From contig CAVPSJ010000014.1 of the NCBI GenBank assembly GCA_963708295.1, positions 1 to 64,000 on the forward strand: DNA of 64,000 nt, written 5' to 3'. The position numbers were made by a program, and so were the translations under genes. Each line of letters starts with the position of its first letter. The first letter of the stretch is position 1. The notes under the pieces were generated by a model, which saw only the letters and a list, made by a program, of their open reading frames with translations, was not told the DNA's origin and did no database searches. Positions 10,925 to 20,334 of the stretch are shown in pieces. The DNA comes from an uncultured delta proteobacterium (lineage in GTDB: Bacteria; Desulfobacterota; BSN033; UBA1163).

Positions 10925-12169
10925 TTGAATTTCAAAATTCCCAAGATTCCGCACCTCCCTTTTTGGGCTTGGAGTTTAGGGGGCGTTCTGGTCGTCCTGG
11001 GTGTCAATGCTGCGATTACACTCCCGACCTATACCACGACCAAGAAGGAATTCTGCGTCACCTGTCACCGCCAGCAGCGTGACCCCTCTTTCTGGGAGCA
11101 GTCGACCGTTCATCCCCAGATCAATTGCTCAGAATGTCATGCCACCGGCCATGCCCTGATGCCGAGCATCAATATCTTTCCGCTTAACAGCGAAGGGGAG
11201 CATGCCGGGTTTTCCGCCAAATTGGACCAGATCAATCCGAACTGTATTCGTTGCCATTCCCGCGTCTTTGATATAGAACGTGCCTCCCCCAAGATCAATC
11301 CCTATAATATCTCGATTCCTCACCGCTTCCATGTTCAACAACTGAAGAACTCTTGCACCTCCTGTCACTACAATATTTATCATGATCCCCATGACCCTCC
11401 TACGTTTCGGCCGCCGAAAGAGGCGTGTTTCGAATGTCATCGTCGGGAGAAAACCTCGTGCTCCACCTGCCATCCCAAAAAGGCGATTCCCCTGCCCAAG
11501 GCATTGGAGGTGTCCCATTCGGAGTGTGCAAAGTGCCACAAGGGATTTGAAGATGTAAAGATTAGTATTTATGGCCTTCCTTTTCCTCACAAGAAGCATA
11601 TTGCAAGAATATTGAACTGTGATGTCTGTCATGCTTCAGGAGAGGAGCACGGAAAGATTCGCAAGACCCGGGTGGAGTGCTTGAGGTGTCATCATCAAAC
11701 AGCATCGAATTGTACGAAATGCCACGAAACCCAGGTCAGGTTCATTCAAGGGGAATCCCTCGGAGAAAAAGAGAGTTTGCCCGATGTGATGGCGGAAAGC
11801 GTGAAGTGTGTGGAATGCCATAGGTCCGTCTCTCGCGGCCACTCCCTGGCGGAAGTGAAGAAAGCTTGCGTGCAATGCCACGAGACTCGATACGATGAGA
11901 TGACAGACGGATGGCAAAAAGAAATCTCTGACCAAATAAAAAAGCTGAAGCACTCCCTCGAGGCGCGAAGGGGACAGAAGAAGGGAGTTCCCGACCCGGA
12001 AAAACAAAAAATAGAGGCTCTCACCGGAAAGGTGGAAGAAGCTCTGAGCGCGATTGATCAAGATAAGAGCAAAGGGGTCCATAACTTCACCTATGCCAAG
12101 AAACTGATGTCGGAGGCGGAGAAAAAGCTTTGGGCGACCCAGAAGTCCGTTTCAAAAGGGGTGGAATAG
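10925..12169 (+). CDS. Membrane-anchored dodecaheme c-type cytochrome (NapC/NirT-like N-terminus)
   Basis: 12 CxxCH motifs counted; N-terminal TM followed by EFCVTCH; C-terminal helical bundle with DKSKGVHN. Confidence 0.88.
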   Translation: MNFKIPKIPHLPFWAWSLGGVLVVLGVNAAITLPTYTTTKKEFCVTCHRQQRDPSFWEQSTVHPQINCSECHATGHALMPSINIFPLNSEGEHAGFSAKLDQINPNCIRCHSRVFDIERASPKINPYNISIPHRFHVQQLKNSCTSCHYNIYHDPHDPPTFRPPKEACFECHRREKTSCSTCHPKKAIPLPKALEVSHSECAKCHKGFEDVKISIYGLPFPHKKHIARILNCDVCHASGEEHGKIRKTRVECLRCHHQTASNCTKCHETQVRFIQGESLGEKESLPDVMAESVKCVECHRSVSRGHSLAEVKKACVQCHETRYDEMTDGWQKEISDQIKKLKHSLEARRGQKKGVPDPEKQKIEALTGKVEEALSAIDQDKSKGVHNFTYAKKLMSEAEKKLWATQKSVSKGVE

Positions 12170-12235
12170 CGAACCACAGGCTGATCCAATCGTTATGCTT
12201 CGATCCAAGCAGGGCAAAGCGGAGAGGAGGGTGAT

Positions 12236-12496
12236 ATGGAAACGAGGGTGTTTAGCAGACGTTGGTTTTCCCCCATCATTTCTTATTCCATTCTTTCTTG
12301 GACAATCATCTGCTTCATAGGAACCTGGTTTGTCATTCTAAAGTATGGGATTTTGCTGCAAGGGTTGATCGCGATCATGACAACCTTCTTCTTCGCGGCC
12401 ACTCTCTGGATTATTCCGTTAACGGGTTTAATTCTTCTGTCCCTTTACGTAACCCCTTCAAAAAGAACCCCTCCTTCTATTATGCTTAAGGAGTAA
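12236..12496 (+). CDS. Small two-TM membrane protein
   Basis: GGAGG RBS, two hydrophobic stretches. Confidence 0.55.
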   Translation: METRVFSRRWFSPIISYSILSWTIICFIGTWFVILKYGILLQGLIAIMTTFFFAATLWIIPLTGLILLSLYVTPSKRTPPSIMLKE

Positions 12497-12581
12497 ATTC
12501 GGAAGGGACGAGGAGAAACGGAGAGTCAATGAGATAAGGAGTTTTATTCTATTCGCAAGAGGGGTAGGGAGGCGAGAGAGG

Positions 12582-12778
12582 GTGAAGAAGACCAAGGACG
12601 GGCTTATCGTTCAACTTTCGTTAATCTTGCTAGAGCAATGAGCTCCTCTCTGGAACTTCAAGAGGTCCTTCAGCAGATTGTGAAAAGCACCTCTGAGGCC
12701 GCGGGTTCGAAGGCTTGTGCGCTGTTGCTTAGATATTCTTGGTTGAAGTCAGCAGGATCTGGAGTCTTAGGTTATTAA
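12582..12778 (+). pseudogene. GAF-domain gene remnant
   Basis: After a frameshift reads YRSTFVNLARAMSSSLELQEVLQQIVKSTSEAAGSKACALLL, a typical GAF N-terminus, then degenerates. Confidence 0.55.
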
Positions 12779-13155
12779 ACAGGGGAGAAGTTCAGATTTG
12801 GTCCAAAATCACCGTTGATAACCTCTCTGAGTATCTCTTTGATTTTATCTATAATATAAGGTTTCTCTACGTAAGCCCAGGCGCCCTTCTCTTTAGCGAT
12901 CCTTCCGGTATCTTCACTCCCTCTCGCAGTGATGATGATAACCCGAGGGGCGGGCTGAATTTGTATCGCCGTTTTCAATACTTCCCATCCATCCGACTCC
13001 GGCATGATCAAGTCGGTGATAATGAAGTCAAATTTCTGCGTCTTCGCTGTCTCGATGGCTTTCCTCCCATCCTCAACGGAAACGACCTCATACCCTTCCT
13101 GGGAAAGGGCCTGGCTAAGAGACCATCGGATCAGGAATTCATCATCCGCAATCAA
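12775..13155 (-). CDS. Single-domain response regulator (CheY-like)
   Basis: IADDE...FDFIITDLIMP...IIITA...YVEKP. Confidence 0.88.
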   Translation of the reverse strand: MIADDEFLIRWSLSQALSQEGYEVVSVEDGRKAIETAKTQKFDFIITDLIMPESDGWEVLKTAIQIQPAPRVIIITARGSEDTGRIAKEKGAWAYVEKPYIIDKIKEILREVINGDFGPNLNFSPV

Positions 13156-13244
13156 GATCTTACCGGATTGAATGGCTACCCTCCTTTGAACTTCCCCGCT
13201 ATCTCAAGACACTTTCTAACCGAGAGCAGGTGCCCCTTCTTACA

Positions 13245-13412
13245 AGCAAGATGTATACCCTTAATAAGCACCTCTCTGTAGATTTTCAAAAATAGTCTAA
13301 CCGGTTGAATTGATTATTATTTTATTTCTTCATATTTTATCTTAAATCAGAGGAAAGATTTAATCTATCCAAATTATGTCATTTCCCACAGCCCAGTGAG
13401 TAAATTTACGCA
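13245..13412 (-). promoter_or_regulatory. Putative sigma-54 promoter with tandem upstream activator sites
   Basis: Minus strand GG-TATACATCTT-GC at 13259..13246; paired 16-bp sites at 13375-13390 and 13397-13412; AT-rich IHF-like spacer. Confidence 0.55.
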
Positions 13413-13567
13413 CTCTTGAACGCTTCTTAAGCAGGTTGTTTCAACCTGTTAGAATTCTTGCCTCGCAGTAAGATGCGAAAAACTTGAAGGAGGGCACGTG
13501 ATCGGGATATATTTATAAGTATGGTAGGGAAGATCCTTGTCGAAAAGACTTTAAGTTATCTAAAAAT

Positions 13568-13633
13568 GTCATTCCTGCGAAAGCAGGAATCCAGACGTCC
13601 CTAGCAATACTGGACTCCGCATGCGGGAGTGAC
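13568..13633. repeat. REP-like palindrome pair (GTCATTCC type)
   Basis: GTCATTCCTGCGAAAGCAGGAATCCAG ... CTGGACTCCGCATGCGGGAGTGAC; degenerate relative at ~14316-14386. Confidence 0.7.
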
Positions 13634-13755
13634 GAATTAGCAATTATGAGAGGTTTCCTTTGATGGTAATAGCCGTGGTTTGAGGGTAATGAATATTTTG
13701 CCAGATCCCGTGTCAAATTCATAGGTAATCGAAATAGTATCAAAGGAGAAAAGAA

Positions 13756-14217
13756 ATGAAAACAGGAGCCTTTATTCTAACATTCCTCATGTTTTTTACC
13801 TTCTCAACAGCTGTGTTTGCCGCATCGTTTAAGGTTTATCCGGGAGCCAGAGTGGAAGACATTTATGAGACAAAACAACCAGAGGTCGGAGCTAAAGTGC
13901 CGAAGGGTCCAAAGGTAATCATTTTTACGACAAATGACTTCTTTGAGAATGTTGTCGCTTTTTATCGTGGGACAGGGAGAGAATACAGGATGCCCGGCAC
14001 AGGCGGAAAGCCCACGAAACTCTCTTCAGGACAGGAGCTTAAGGAGGCCTATTTTATTTTCGACAACGCAGCAGACATCATGACCTCGAAGCACTGGATT
14101 AAGATTCAACGGCCTTATTTGAGCAGGGAGCGAACGAAGGAGGGCTCTCCAGGGAAATACGGAGCTGTCCGTGAAGTCACCGCCATCATCGAAGAAGACA
14201 AAAGAACCTATCCTTAG
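13756..14217 (+). CDS. Secreted hypothetical protein
   Basis: AAGGAG RBS, Sec signal ending AVFA, soluble mature domain. Confidence 0.75.
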   Translation: MKTGAFILTFLMFFTFSTAVFAASFKVYPGARVEDIYETKQPEVGAKVPKGPKVIIFTTNDFFENVVAFYRGTGREYRMPGTGGKPTKLSSGQELKEAYFIFDNAADIMTSKHWIKIQRPYLSRERTKEGSPGKYGAVREVTAIIEEDKRTYP

Positions 14218-14511
14218 AATGTCAGTGTCACCACTGGAGCTCACCGCCCCCGGGCGAAGCGCATTTCAGCAACAGGTGGACAACATTGCTGGGGTAAATC
14301 GAATTCGCCACAGCCTGTCATTCCCTCAAAAGAGGTATCCGGAATCGAGTTAGAAACATAGATTCCAAGCTTCGTAGCAATGACAACCGTTCTTACCATC
14401 CCTCGTGGACCCTCTTCCATTAAAAAAGCCCTCCATGACCAGGAATAACTTTTTTATTGCTTTTTTTAGAGATTGATATAGGATAACATTAGGCTGTATT
14501 CGGGGGATAAA

Positions 14512-14754
14512 ATGTCAGATTTCTGGGACGGGAAGATACCGTGCTGGAGTTTCTTTAATTGTTCGAAATATGTCTATCCCCGTTGTCCGGCCTATCTTAA
14601 TCCGGAAAGTCCCTGCTGGGAATGTGCTTATACACAAAATGAGGTCCTGCTCGGCATCAAAAGAGACTGCAAAAGCTGCAAGATTTTTAGACTTCATTCT
14701 GATTCTAAAACTGGCCTTCTTTCAGAAATTCCCTCGACGAAAGACATTGAATAA
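14512..14754 (+). CDS. Small Cys-rich protein (two-CW-domain-like)
   Basis: PCWSFFNC...CPAY...PCWECAYT...CKSC pattern. Confidence 0.65.
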   Translation: MSDFWDGKIPCWSFFNCSKYVYPRCPAYLNPESPCWECAYTQNEVLLGIKRDCKSCKIFRLHSDSKTGLLSEIPSTKDIE

Positions 14755-14970
14755 AGTGCCCGCCTCCTTTCCCAAGTTTCAACACGTTAGAGCATTATCT
14801 CGCACGATGACTTAACTGAAAACTATTATTGATACGCCGACGGCGTCAGACCCCAATCTCTAGGTCCGGGGGAAGTCGAGGGGTTGATTTTTGGAGAGCA
14901 AGAAGGTATAAACTAATCATTTCCTTCCCTCCCTAAATGTTCGCATATTTTGAAAAATCATTAAGGATGC

Positions 14971-16524
14971 TTGAGGTATTCGATGCGTTTCATCCTTCGA
15001 CAGACTTCTTTATTTTTTAAGGTTGTCTTTGTCACCAGCCTCATCTTAATTCTTGCCATTTCCTTCAATGTCTTGTGGAATACGGGTCTTCACGAGGCTA
15101 GCATAGAAAAATTGACTCACGAAAAAACAAAGATTATTTCGGAATTCATCGAAGAAAATGTCATCCGGGCAATGGAGAAGGGAAGGCATTTTGATATGCA
15201 CGGTATTCTAAGAAATTACCTCGTCTATAAGGATATTCGGAAGATTCTTCTCTTCAGTATGGATGGAATCATCAAGGCATCCACACAGGGTGACGAATTG
15301 AATAAGAGGGTCGGGGATGTTGATTTCTATCTCAAAGACCAGCATTTTATCCGGGAGGAGATGGTTCAGGGTAAGAACGGAGTGAAAGAAAGAGAAAGGG
15401 TCTATTACTACAACACCCCCATCTTGAACAGGCCGGAGTGTTTTCAGTGCCATGATAAGGGAAAGAAAGTCATCGGAGTCCTGACGGTGTCCAATTCCTT
15501 GAGAGAGATGGACACGATGATTTCGAAGATTGAAACCCACTCGATTATCCTTGCGATCCTTATTATTGGATTTTTGTCTTTTGTGTTAGGCTTTCTGTTT
15601 TTGAAATTCATCAACGTCCCGATCAAGAAGTTGACTGAGACGATGAAAAAAGCAGAGGAGGGCGACCTTACAGCAAGAGCGAGTGTAAAGGGCAGAGATG
15701 AAATGGGAAGTCTGGCTCAAAATCTCAACATCATGATCGAGAAGCTCCAATTCGCAAAGCAAGAGGCAGAGCAATATCATCAGGAACTGGTCCAGAGGGC
15801 TGATCGAATGGCCTCCATCGGAGAGTTGGCCTCGGGGATTGCCCATGAGATCAGAAATCCGTTGGCAGGGATCCAGGGAGCGATTCAGATCCTGGCAGAA
15901 GGGTTCCCGAAAGAAGATCCCCGAACCCAGGTGACGGATGAGATTCAGAAACAGATCTACAGATTAGAACGACTGGTGAAGGATCTTCTTAACTTTGTCA
16001 AACCCGTTCCCAAGAATTATTTGCCGATCGATATGAACGAACTGGTCGATAGAGTGCTCTCTTTCTTCGCCACACAACGGGGAAAAACAGAGGAGATGAA
16101 AATCGAAAAAAAACTTTTCCCCTCTTTGCCGAAGACGATGGTTGACCCAAGTTCCATGGAGCAGGCGTTGTTGAATATCATCCTCAATGCTCAAAAAGCC
16201 ATGCCCAGGGGTGGAACATTTACCGTCTCAACCCAGGCGTTTCCTCAGAGGAAAGACGATGGGAAGGCTGCCCGTGCAGTCCAGATCATATTTGAGGATA
16301 CGGGCATAGGAATTCCTGGTGAGAACTTGGACAAGATTTTCAACCCCTTCTTTTCAACCCGTCCGGACGGGACCGGACTGGGGTTATCCATCACGAAAAA
16401 TATCGTCGAGGAAAACGGGGGAAAGATAGAGGTGGAGAGCCAGGTCAATGTGGGAACGAAATTTATCATTACCCTGCCCGCCATTACGCAAAGCGCAGAG
16501 CGCATAGCGCAGAGCGAAAAATAA
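14971..16524 (+). CDS. Sensor histidine kinase with periplasmic heme-binding CxxCH and HAMP domain
   Basis: Two TMs, periplasmic ECFQCH, HAMP (GRDEMGSLA), IAHEIRNPLAGI H-box, DTGIGI, GTGLGL. Confidence 0.93.
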   Translation: MRYSMRFILRQTSLFFKVVFVTSLILILAISFNVLWNTGLHEASIEKLTHEKTKIISEFIEENVIRAMEKGRHFDMHGILRNYLVYKDIRKILLFSMDGIIKASTQGDELNKRVGDVDFYLKDQHFIREEMVQGKNGVKERERVYYYNTPILNRPECFQCHDKGKKVIGVLTVSNSLREMDTMISKIETHSIILAILIIGFLSFVLGFLFLKFINVPIKKLTETMKKAEEGDLTARASVKGRDEMGSLAQNLNIMIEKLQFAKQEAEQYHQELVQRADRMASIGELASGIAHEIRNPLAGIQGAIQILAEGFPKEDPRTQVTDEIQKQIYRLERLVKDLLNFVKPVPKNYLPIDMNELVDRVLSFFATQRGKTEEMKIEKKLFPSLPKTMVDPSSMEQALLNIILNAQKAMPRGGTFTVSTQAFPQRKDDGKAARAVQIIFEDTGIGIPGENLDKIFNPFFSTRPDGTGLGLSITKNIVEENGGKIEVESQVNVGTKFIITLPAITQSAERIAQSEK

Positions 16525-16541
16525 GAAGGGAGGAATTTTAA

Positions 16542-16898
16542 GTGATCAAATTCAGATTTCAGGATCTAAGGATTTGGCAATTAGCAATTCAGATTGCCGA
16601 TAAACTTTTCGATATAGCTGATTGACTAGAAGAGAAAAGATTATATCGTTTCGCCGAACAACTTAGAGGGGCGGCGATGTCGATGTCAAACAATATAGCC
16701 GAAGGGTCGGGCTCATCGTCCAAGAGGGAGTTTAAACAATTCTTAAATACGGCCAGAAGATCCACTTTTGAGAATGCCAATATTTTAATCTTATTGCAGA
16801 TGAGAAGTCATGTAACTAAGGAATCTTTGGACCAATTCTTGGATGAGCTTGATCATCTTTGTCGCCAGATTACGAATTTTCAAAATTCTCTTAAATAG
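16542..16898 (+). pseudogene. Four-helix-bundle (23S rRNA IVS protein family) gene with in-frame TGA, flanked by inverted heptamer repeats
   Basis: GTG 16542: MIKFRFQDLRIWQLAIQIADKLFDIAD*LEEKRLYRFAEQLRGAAMSMSNNIAEGSG...; TGA at 16623-16625; flanks gcgcagagcgcatagcgcagagc and cgctttgcgctttgcg. Confidence 0.8.
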
Positions 16899-16928
16899 AA
16901 ACGCTTTGCGCTTTGCGGGGTAAAAACC

Positions 16929-18305
16929 TTGTCCGAAACTCGAATCTTAGTCGTTGACGATGAGTATCTCATCCGGTGGACCCTCCAACAAAACCTGGAG
17001 AAGCAGGGTTACGAGGTCATCCTTGCGGAGACGGGCGAAGAGGCACTGGAAAAAGTAAGGGATGAAGCACCGGATTTGGCTCTTCTCGATATCAAACTGC
17101 CCGGGATGGACGGCTATCAAGTCCTCGAGAAAACGCTCAAGATCGATGAGGGGATTATTCCCATCATGATTACCGCGTTTGATGACGTAGACAAGGTTGT
17201 CAAGGCGATGAAGTTGGGAGCCTTTGATTATATTACCAAACCTTTTGATTTTAGTAAGGTCTACTTATCTATTCAGAAGGCGTTGGAAGCCTCGCAACTC
17301 AAGAGGGAGGTCAGGCATCTCAGGAGGGAGAAAAGAAACTGGTATGGTTCTGGTAACATCGTGGCCGTCAGTCCGGAGATGGGGAGGGTTCTCCAGATCT
17401 CTGAGAAGATTGCGCAAAGCGACGCGGCAACCGTGTTGATTCAAGGGGAAAGTGGCACAGGAAAAGAGGTGATCGCCCATCTCATCCATGAACGGAGTAA
17501 AAGGCAGAATATGCCTTTTGTTACCGTCAATTGTGCCAACTTCCCGGAACAGATGTTGGAGAATGAACTTTGCGGTCACGAGAAAGGAGCCTTCACCGAC
17601 GCCAGGGAGGTGAAGAAGGGACTTCTTGAGGTGGCCTATCAAGGGACGTTGTTCTTGGATGAGATCGGGGACATGAGCGTTAACCTTCAAGGGAAAATTT
17701 TGAGGTTGGTTGAGCAGAAAACTTTTCGAAGAATAGGGGGCCTTAAAGATATTCATGTGGATGTCAGAATCATCACAGCGACGAACAAGGACCTTCTCAA
17801 GCTGAAGGAGGAAGGCAAATTTAGGGAGGATCTTTTCTACAGAATCAATGTTGCTTCGATCAAACTTCCTACCCTTCGTGAGAGACCGGAGGATATTCTT
17901 CCCCTGACAAAATATTTTGTACATAAGTACAATGAAGAGTTTCATAAAAACGTCCAGACGATATCAAAAGGAGTGGAGACTTTTCTCAGAGAATATGGCT
18001 GGCCTGGTAATGTTCGCGAATTAAAAAATGTGATCGAAAGGGCCATGATCCTTGTCGAAGAAGATACGCTCCTCATGGAGCATCTGCCCATAGAGATTCT
18101 CGGTCAGGCTTCGAAACAGGGAGCAGCAATTGAAGGAGTTCGAATTCCACCGGGTGGGATTTCTCTGGAAAAGGTCGAAGAAGCCCTGGTGAGGCAGGCC
18201 CTTAAGATGACCAATGACAATCAAACCAAAGCAGCCAAGCTCTTGGATATCAGTCGAGACGCCCTCCGATACCGAATGCAGAAATTGAGACTCCTTGAAT
18301 CCTGA
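16929..18305 (+). CDS. Sigma-54-dependent NtrC-family response regulator
   Basis: Receiver domain, GESGTGKE, GAFTDA, LFLDEIG, FREDLFYR, WPGNVREL, Fis-type HTH. Confidence 0.95.
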   Translation: MSETRILVVDDEYLIRWTLQQNLEKQGYEVILAETGEEALEKVRDEAPDLALLDIKLPGMDGYQVLEKTLKIDEGIIPIMITAFDDVDKVVKAMKLGAFDYITKPFDFSKVYLSIQKALEASQLKREVRHLRREKRNWYGSGNIVAVSPEMGRVLQISEKIAQSDAATVLIQGESGTGKEVIAHLIHERSKRQNMPFVTVNCANFPEQMLENELCGHEKGAFTDAREVKKGLLEVAYQGTLFLDEIGDMSVNLQGKILRLVEQKTFRRIGGLKDIHVDVRIITATNKDLLKLKEEGKFREDLFYRINVASIKLPTLRERPEDILPLTKYFVHKYNEEFHKNVQTISKGVETFLREYGWPGNVRELKNVIERAMILVEEDTLLMEHLPIEILGQASKQGAAIEGVRIPPGGISLEKVEEALVRQALKMTNDNQTKAAKLLDISRDALRYRMQKLRLLES

Positions 18306-18330
18306 GCTGATTAGCTCCAGAAGATTGGAG

Positions 18331-18502
18331 GAATCCAGATAACGCAGATGCGTGGTACTACCTTGGACTGGTCTAGGCCAGAATGACCAGCTCCGGCAAT
18401 TCATTCCCTATTTTCAGGAAGCACGACGTATTGAGCCCCGATTTTAAGGAGACGCAAGATAACCTTGGGTTTGCCTATGAGATAGTAAAAAGAAGTCAAT
18501 GA
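18331..18502 (+). pseudogene. TPR-repeat remnant of a TMTC-like gene
   Basis: NPDNADAWYYLGLV* ... YFQEARRI ... FKETQDNLGFAYE resembles the C-terminal TPRs of 21759..23513. Confidence 0.5.
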
Positions 18503-18546
18503 GTACTGAGACCATGCAATAATGTTCACTTCAAAAAAAGGTAGAT

Positions 18547-20313
18547 ATGTTTAAGAGAGTCAAGGATATTCATTCCACAAAGAATTTGCGTGAACGTTGC
18601 TTGACGCTTATCTTTTACCTTTTGTCTTTGCTTTTTGCGGTGAGCCTGTTCAAGAACATCTCCTATCCTCTCCTTTGGGCCGATGAAAGCATGACTGTCA
18701 TGCACGGGAAAAGGGTATTAGAATATGGATATCCAAAGGTGCATGACGGCAAGAACGTGGTATATGACCTCCGTCATTCAAATCCAAATTTAGGGATTGA
18801 TGAAGAAACAGATGCTTACATTGGTGGTGCAAACTGGGGGATGTACTATGTTGCGGCCATAGGGGTAAAGCTGGCTGAATTGAGTGATGACATTTTTATA
18901 AAGACAGCGATCCTCAGAATCCCTTTTGCGCTAGCCGGATTAATAGGGCTGGCGATCCTCGCATTTCTCGGCGCCCAATTCTTCGAAAACAGGCTTTCCA
19001 AGTATGTTTTCTTGACCTTGTTTACTTTTCTTGAACTCATTTCAATACCCTTGGTGCTGCACTTGCGTGAGGCAAGATATTATTCTTTAGCCGTTTTTTT
19101 GACCGCTTTCATCATCTTTTCATATACTCGATATAAAATCCTGAAGAAGGCTAATTACTTGACCTATGCTGTGTTGTTAACCGTTTCCTTATTTCTACTG
19201 TTTGTCACTTTCTCGCCCGGTTATTTTATTTTCCTAATTGCCATATCTTTTTATGAATCCATTGGATTCCTGAAAGCTTTCCTATCAAGATACACTAACT
19301 CAAATGACCGGACTGCAGCTGGCATGCCCTCTCTTGGCCAGTCATTCAAACATTATCTTCGAGACTTACTCCCCCTCATTCTGTCCTTGATCGCAGTTTC
19401 TCCGCTGGTATCCTTTTTTAAGACCTTTTATATCGCCGAGGAGATGGCGAAGTTTAATTTTTTATTATTCGGTATCTCCAAATGGAATATGTATCTTTAT
19501 AACCTTTCAGTCATTTGGAGATATTTTGCATCCTTTGATCTCATTTATTTAGTGATCTTCCTCAAACTCTGCCTTTTCCTTTCTTGTGTTAGGTTTTCCC
19601 TCAGAGACGTTTCACCCTCAGATATACGCAAACTGATGTTTTCCAATTTCTTGACTGTCATTCTCATAGTCTATCTCTTTGCTATGGCTCGAATTCCGAA
19701 TTTCCCTTTTACCAGGTATTTAATCCCACTGCAACCGGTACTGGCGGTAATGGTTATTTTGGACATGGTTTTAATATTTAATCTTATCTCAATACGGCTG
19801 CCCCAGGTGGGTAAATATTTTAAAGTCATATTGCTGACGGTATTCGTAGGCTTCATTTCGAACCATATCGGGAACAATATTGAGTACATAAAGGGCCATG
19901 TCTACGAATTGTCCCATCAGTATAAAGGCCCGCTCGACTATGTCATACCGTTTATAAAGGATACATACGGAGACACCGAGAAACTTGTTATCGCCACCAA
20001 CTACGAAGAGACTTCATTCATGTACTACCTGAAATCGAAGGTAATCATCGGCTATGTGGGAAACAATTTGGAAGAAGATATGAAAATGGCACCGGATATT
20101 ATCATCTTTAGAAAAGGATGGAGGAATCTTAGTCCAAGAATATTTATTGACTTTTTTATGAGGCACCCATATCAGCGGGTATCTTTTCCTGTCGTTGATT
20201 ACAAGATGAATAACATACCCGAATTGAATTTTTCGCCTGAATATCAGCATCAATTTCGAACGTTGAATACAGAAGATGAAAGAATGAAAGTAGATATTTT
20301 TTTGAAAAAATAA
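18547..20313 (+). CDS. Polytopic membrane protein, GT-C fold glycosyltransferase-like
   Basis: LLWADES acidic motif after first TM, R(I)PF, EARYYSL, multiple TMs, soluble C-terminal domain. Confidence 0.65.
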   Translation: MFKRVKDIHSTKNLRERCLTLIFYLLSLLFAVSLFKNISYPLLWADESMTVMHGKRVLEYGYPKVHDGKNVVYDLRHSNPNLGIDEETDAYIGGANWGMYYVAAIGVKLAELSDDIFIKTAILRIPFALAGLIGLAILAFLGAQFFENRLSKYVFLTLFTFLELISIPLVLHLREARYYSLAVFLTAFIIFSYTRYKILKKANYLTYAVLLTVSLFLLFVTFSPGYFIFLIAISFYESIGFLKAFLSRYTNSNDRTAAGMPSLGQSFKHYLRDLLPLILSLIAVSPLVSFFKTFYIAEEMAKFNFLLFGISKWNMYLYNLSVIWRYFASFDLIYLVIFLKLCLFLSCVRFSLRDVSPSDIRKLMFSNFLTVILIVYLFAMARIPNFPFTRYLIPLQPVLAVMVILDMVLIFNLISIRLPQVGKYFKVILLTVFVGFISNHIGNNIEYIKGHVYELSHQYKGPLDYVIPFIKDTYGDTEKLVIATNYEETSFMYYLKSKVIIGYVGNNLEEDMKMAPDIIIFRKGWRNLSPRIFIDFFMRHPYQRVSFPVVDYKMNNIPELNFSPEYQHQFRTLNTEDERMKVDIFLKK

Positions 20314-20334
20314 GCTGAAAGATGTACGACTGAG

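Noticed and set aside
14845-14890. Possible IS200/IS605-type end hairpin (AGACCCC...GGGGGAAGTCGAGGGGTTGA)
   Set aside because: Short and degenerate; no tnpA, tnpB or iscB nearby
16542-16898. Diversity-generating retroelement (Avd-like gene, duplicated omcS as TR/VR)
   Set aside because: No reverse transcriptase in the window; both omcS-like copies are full genes and their differences do not appear adenine-restricted
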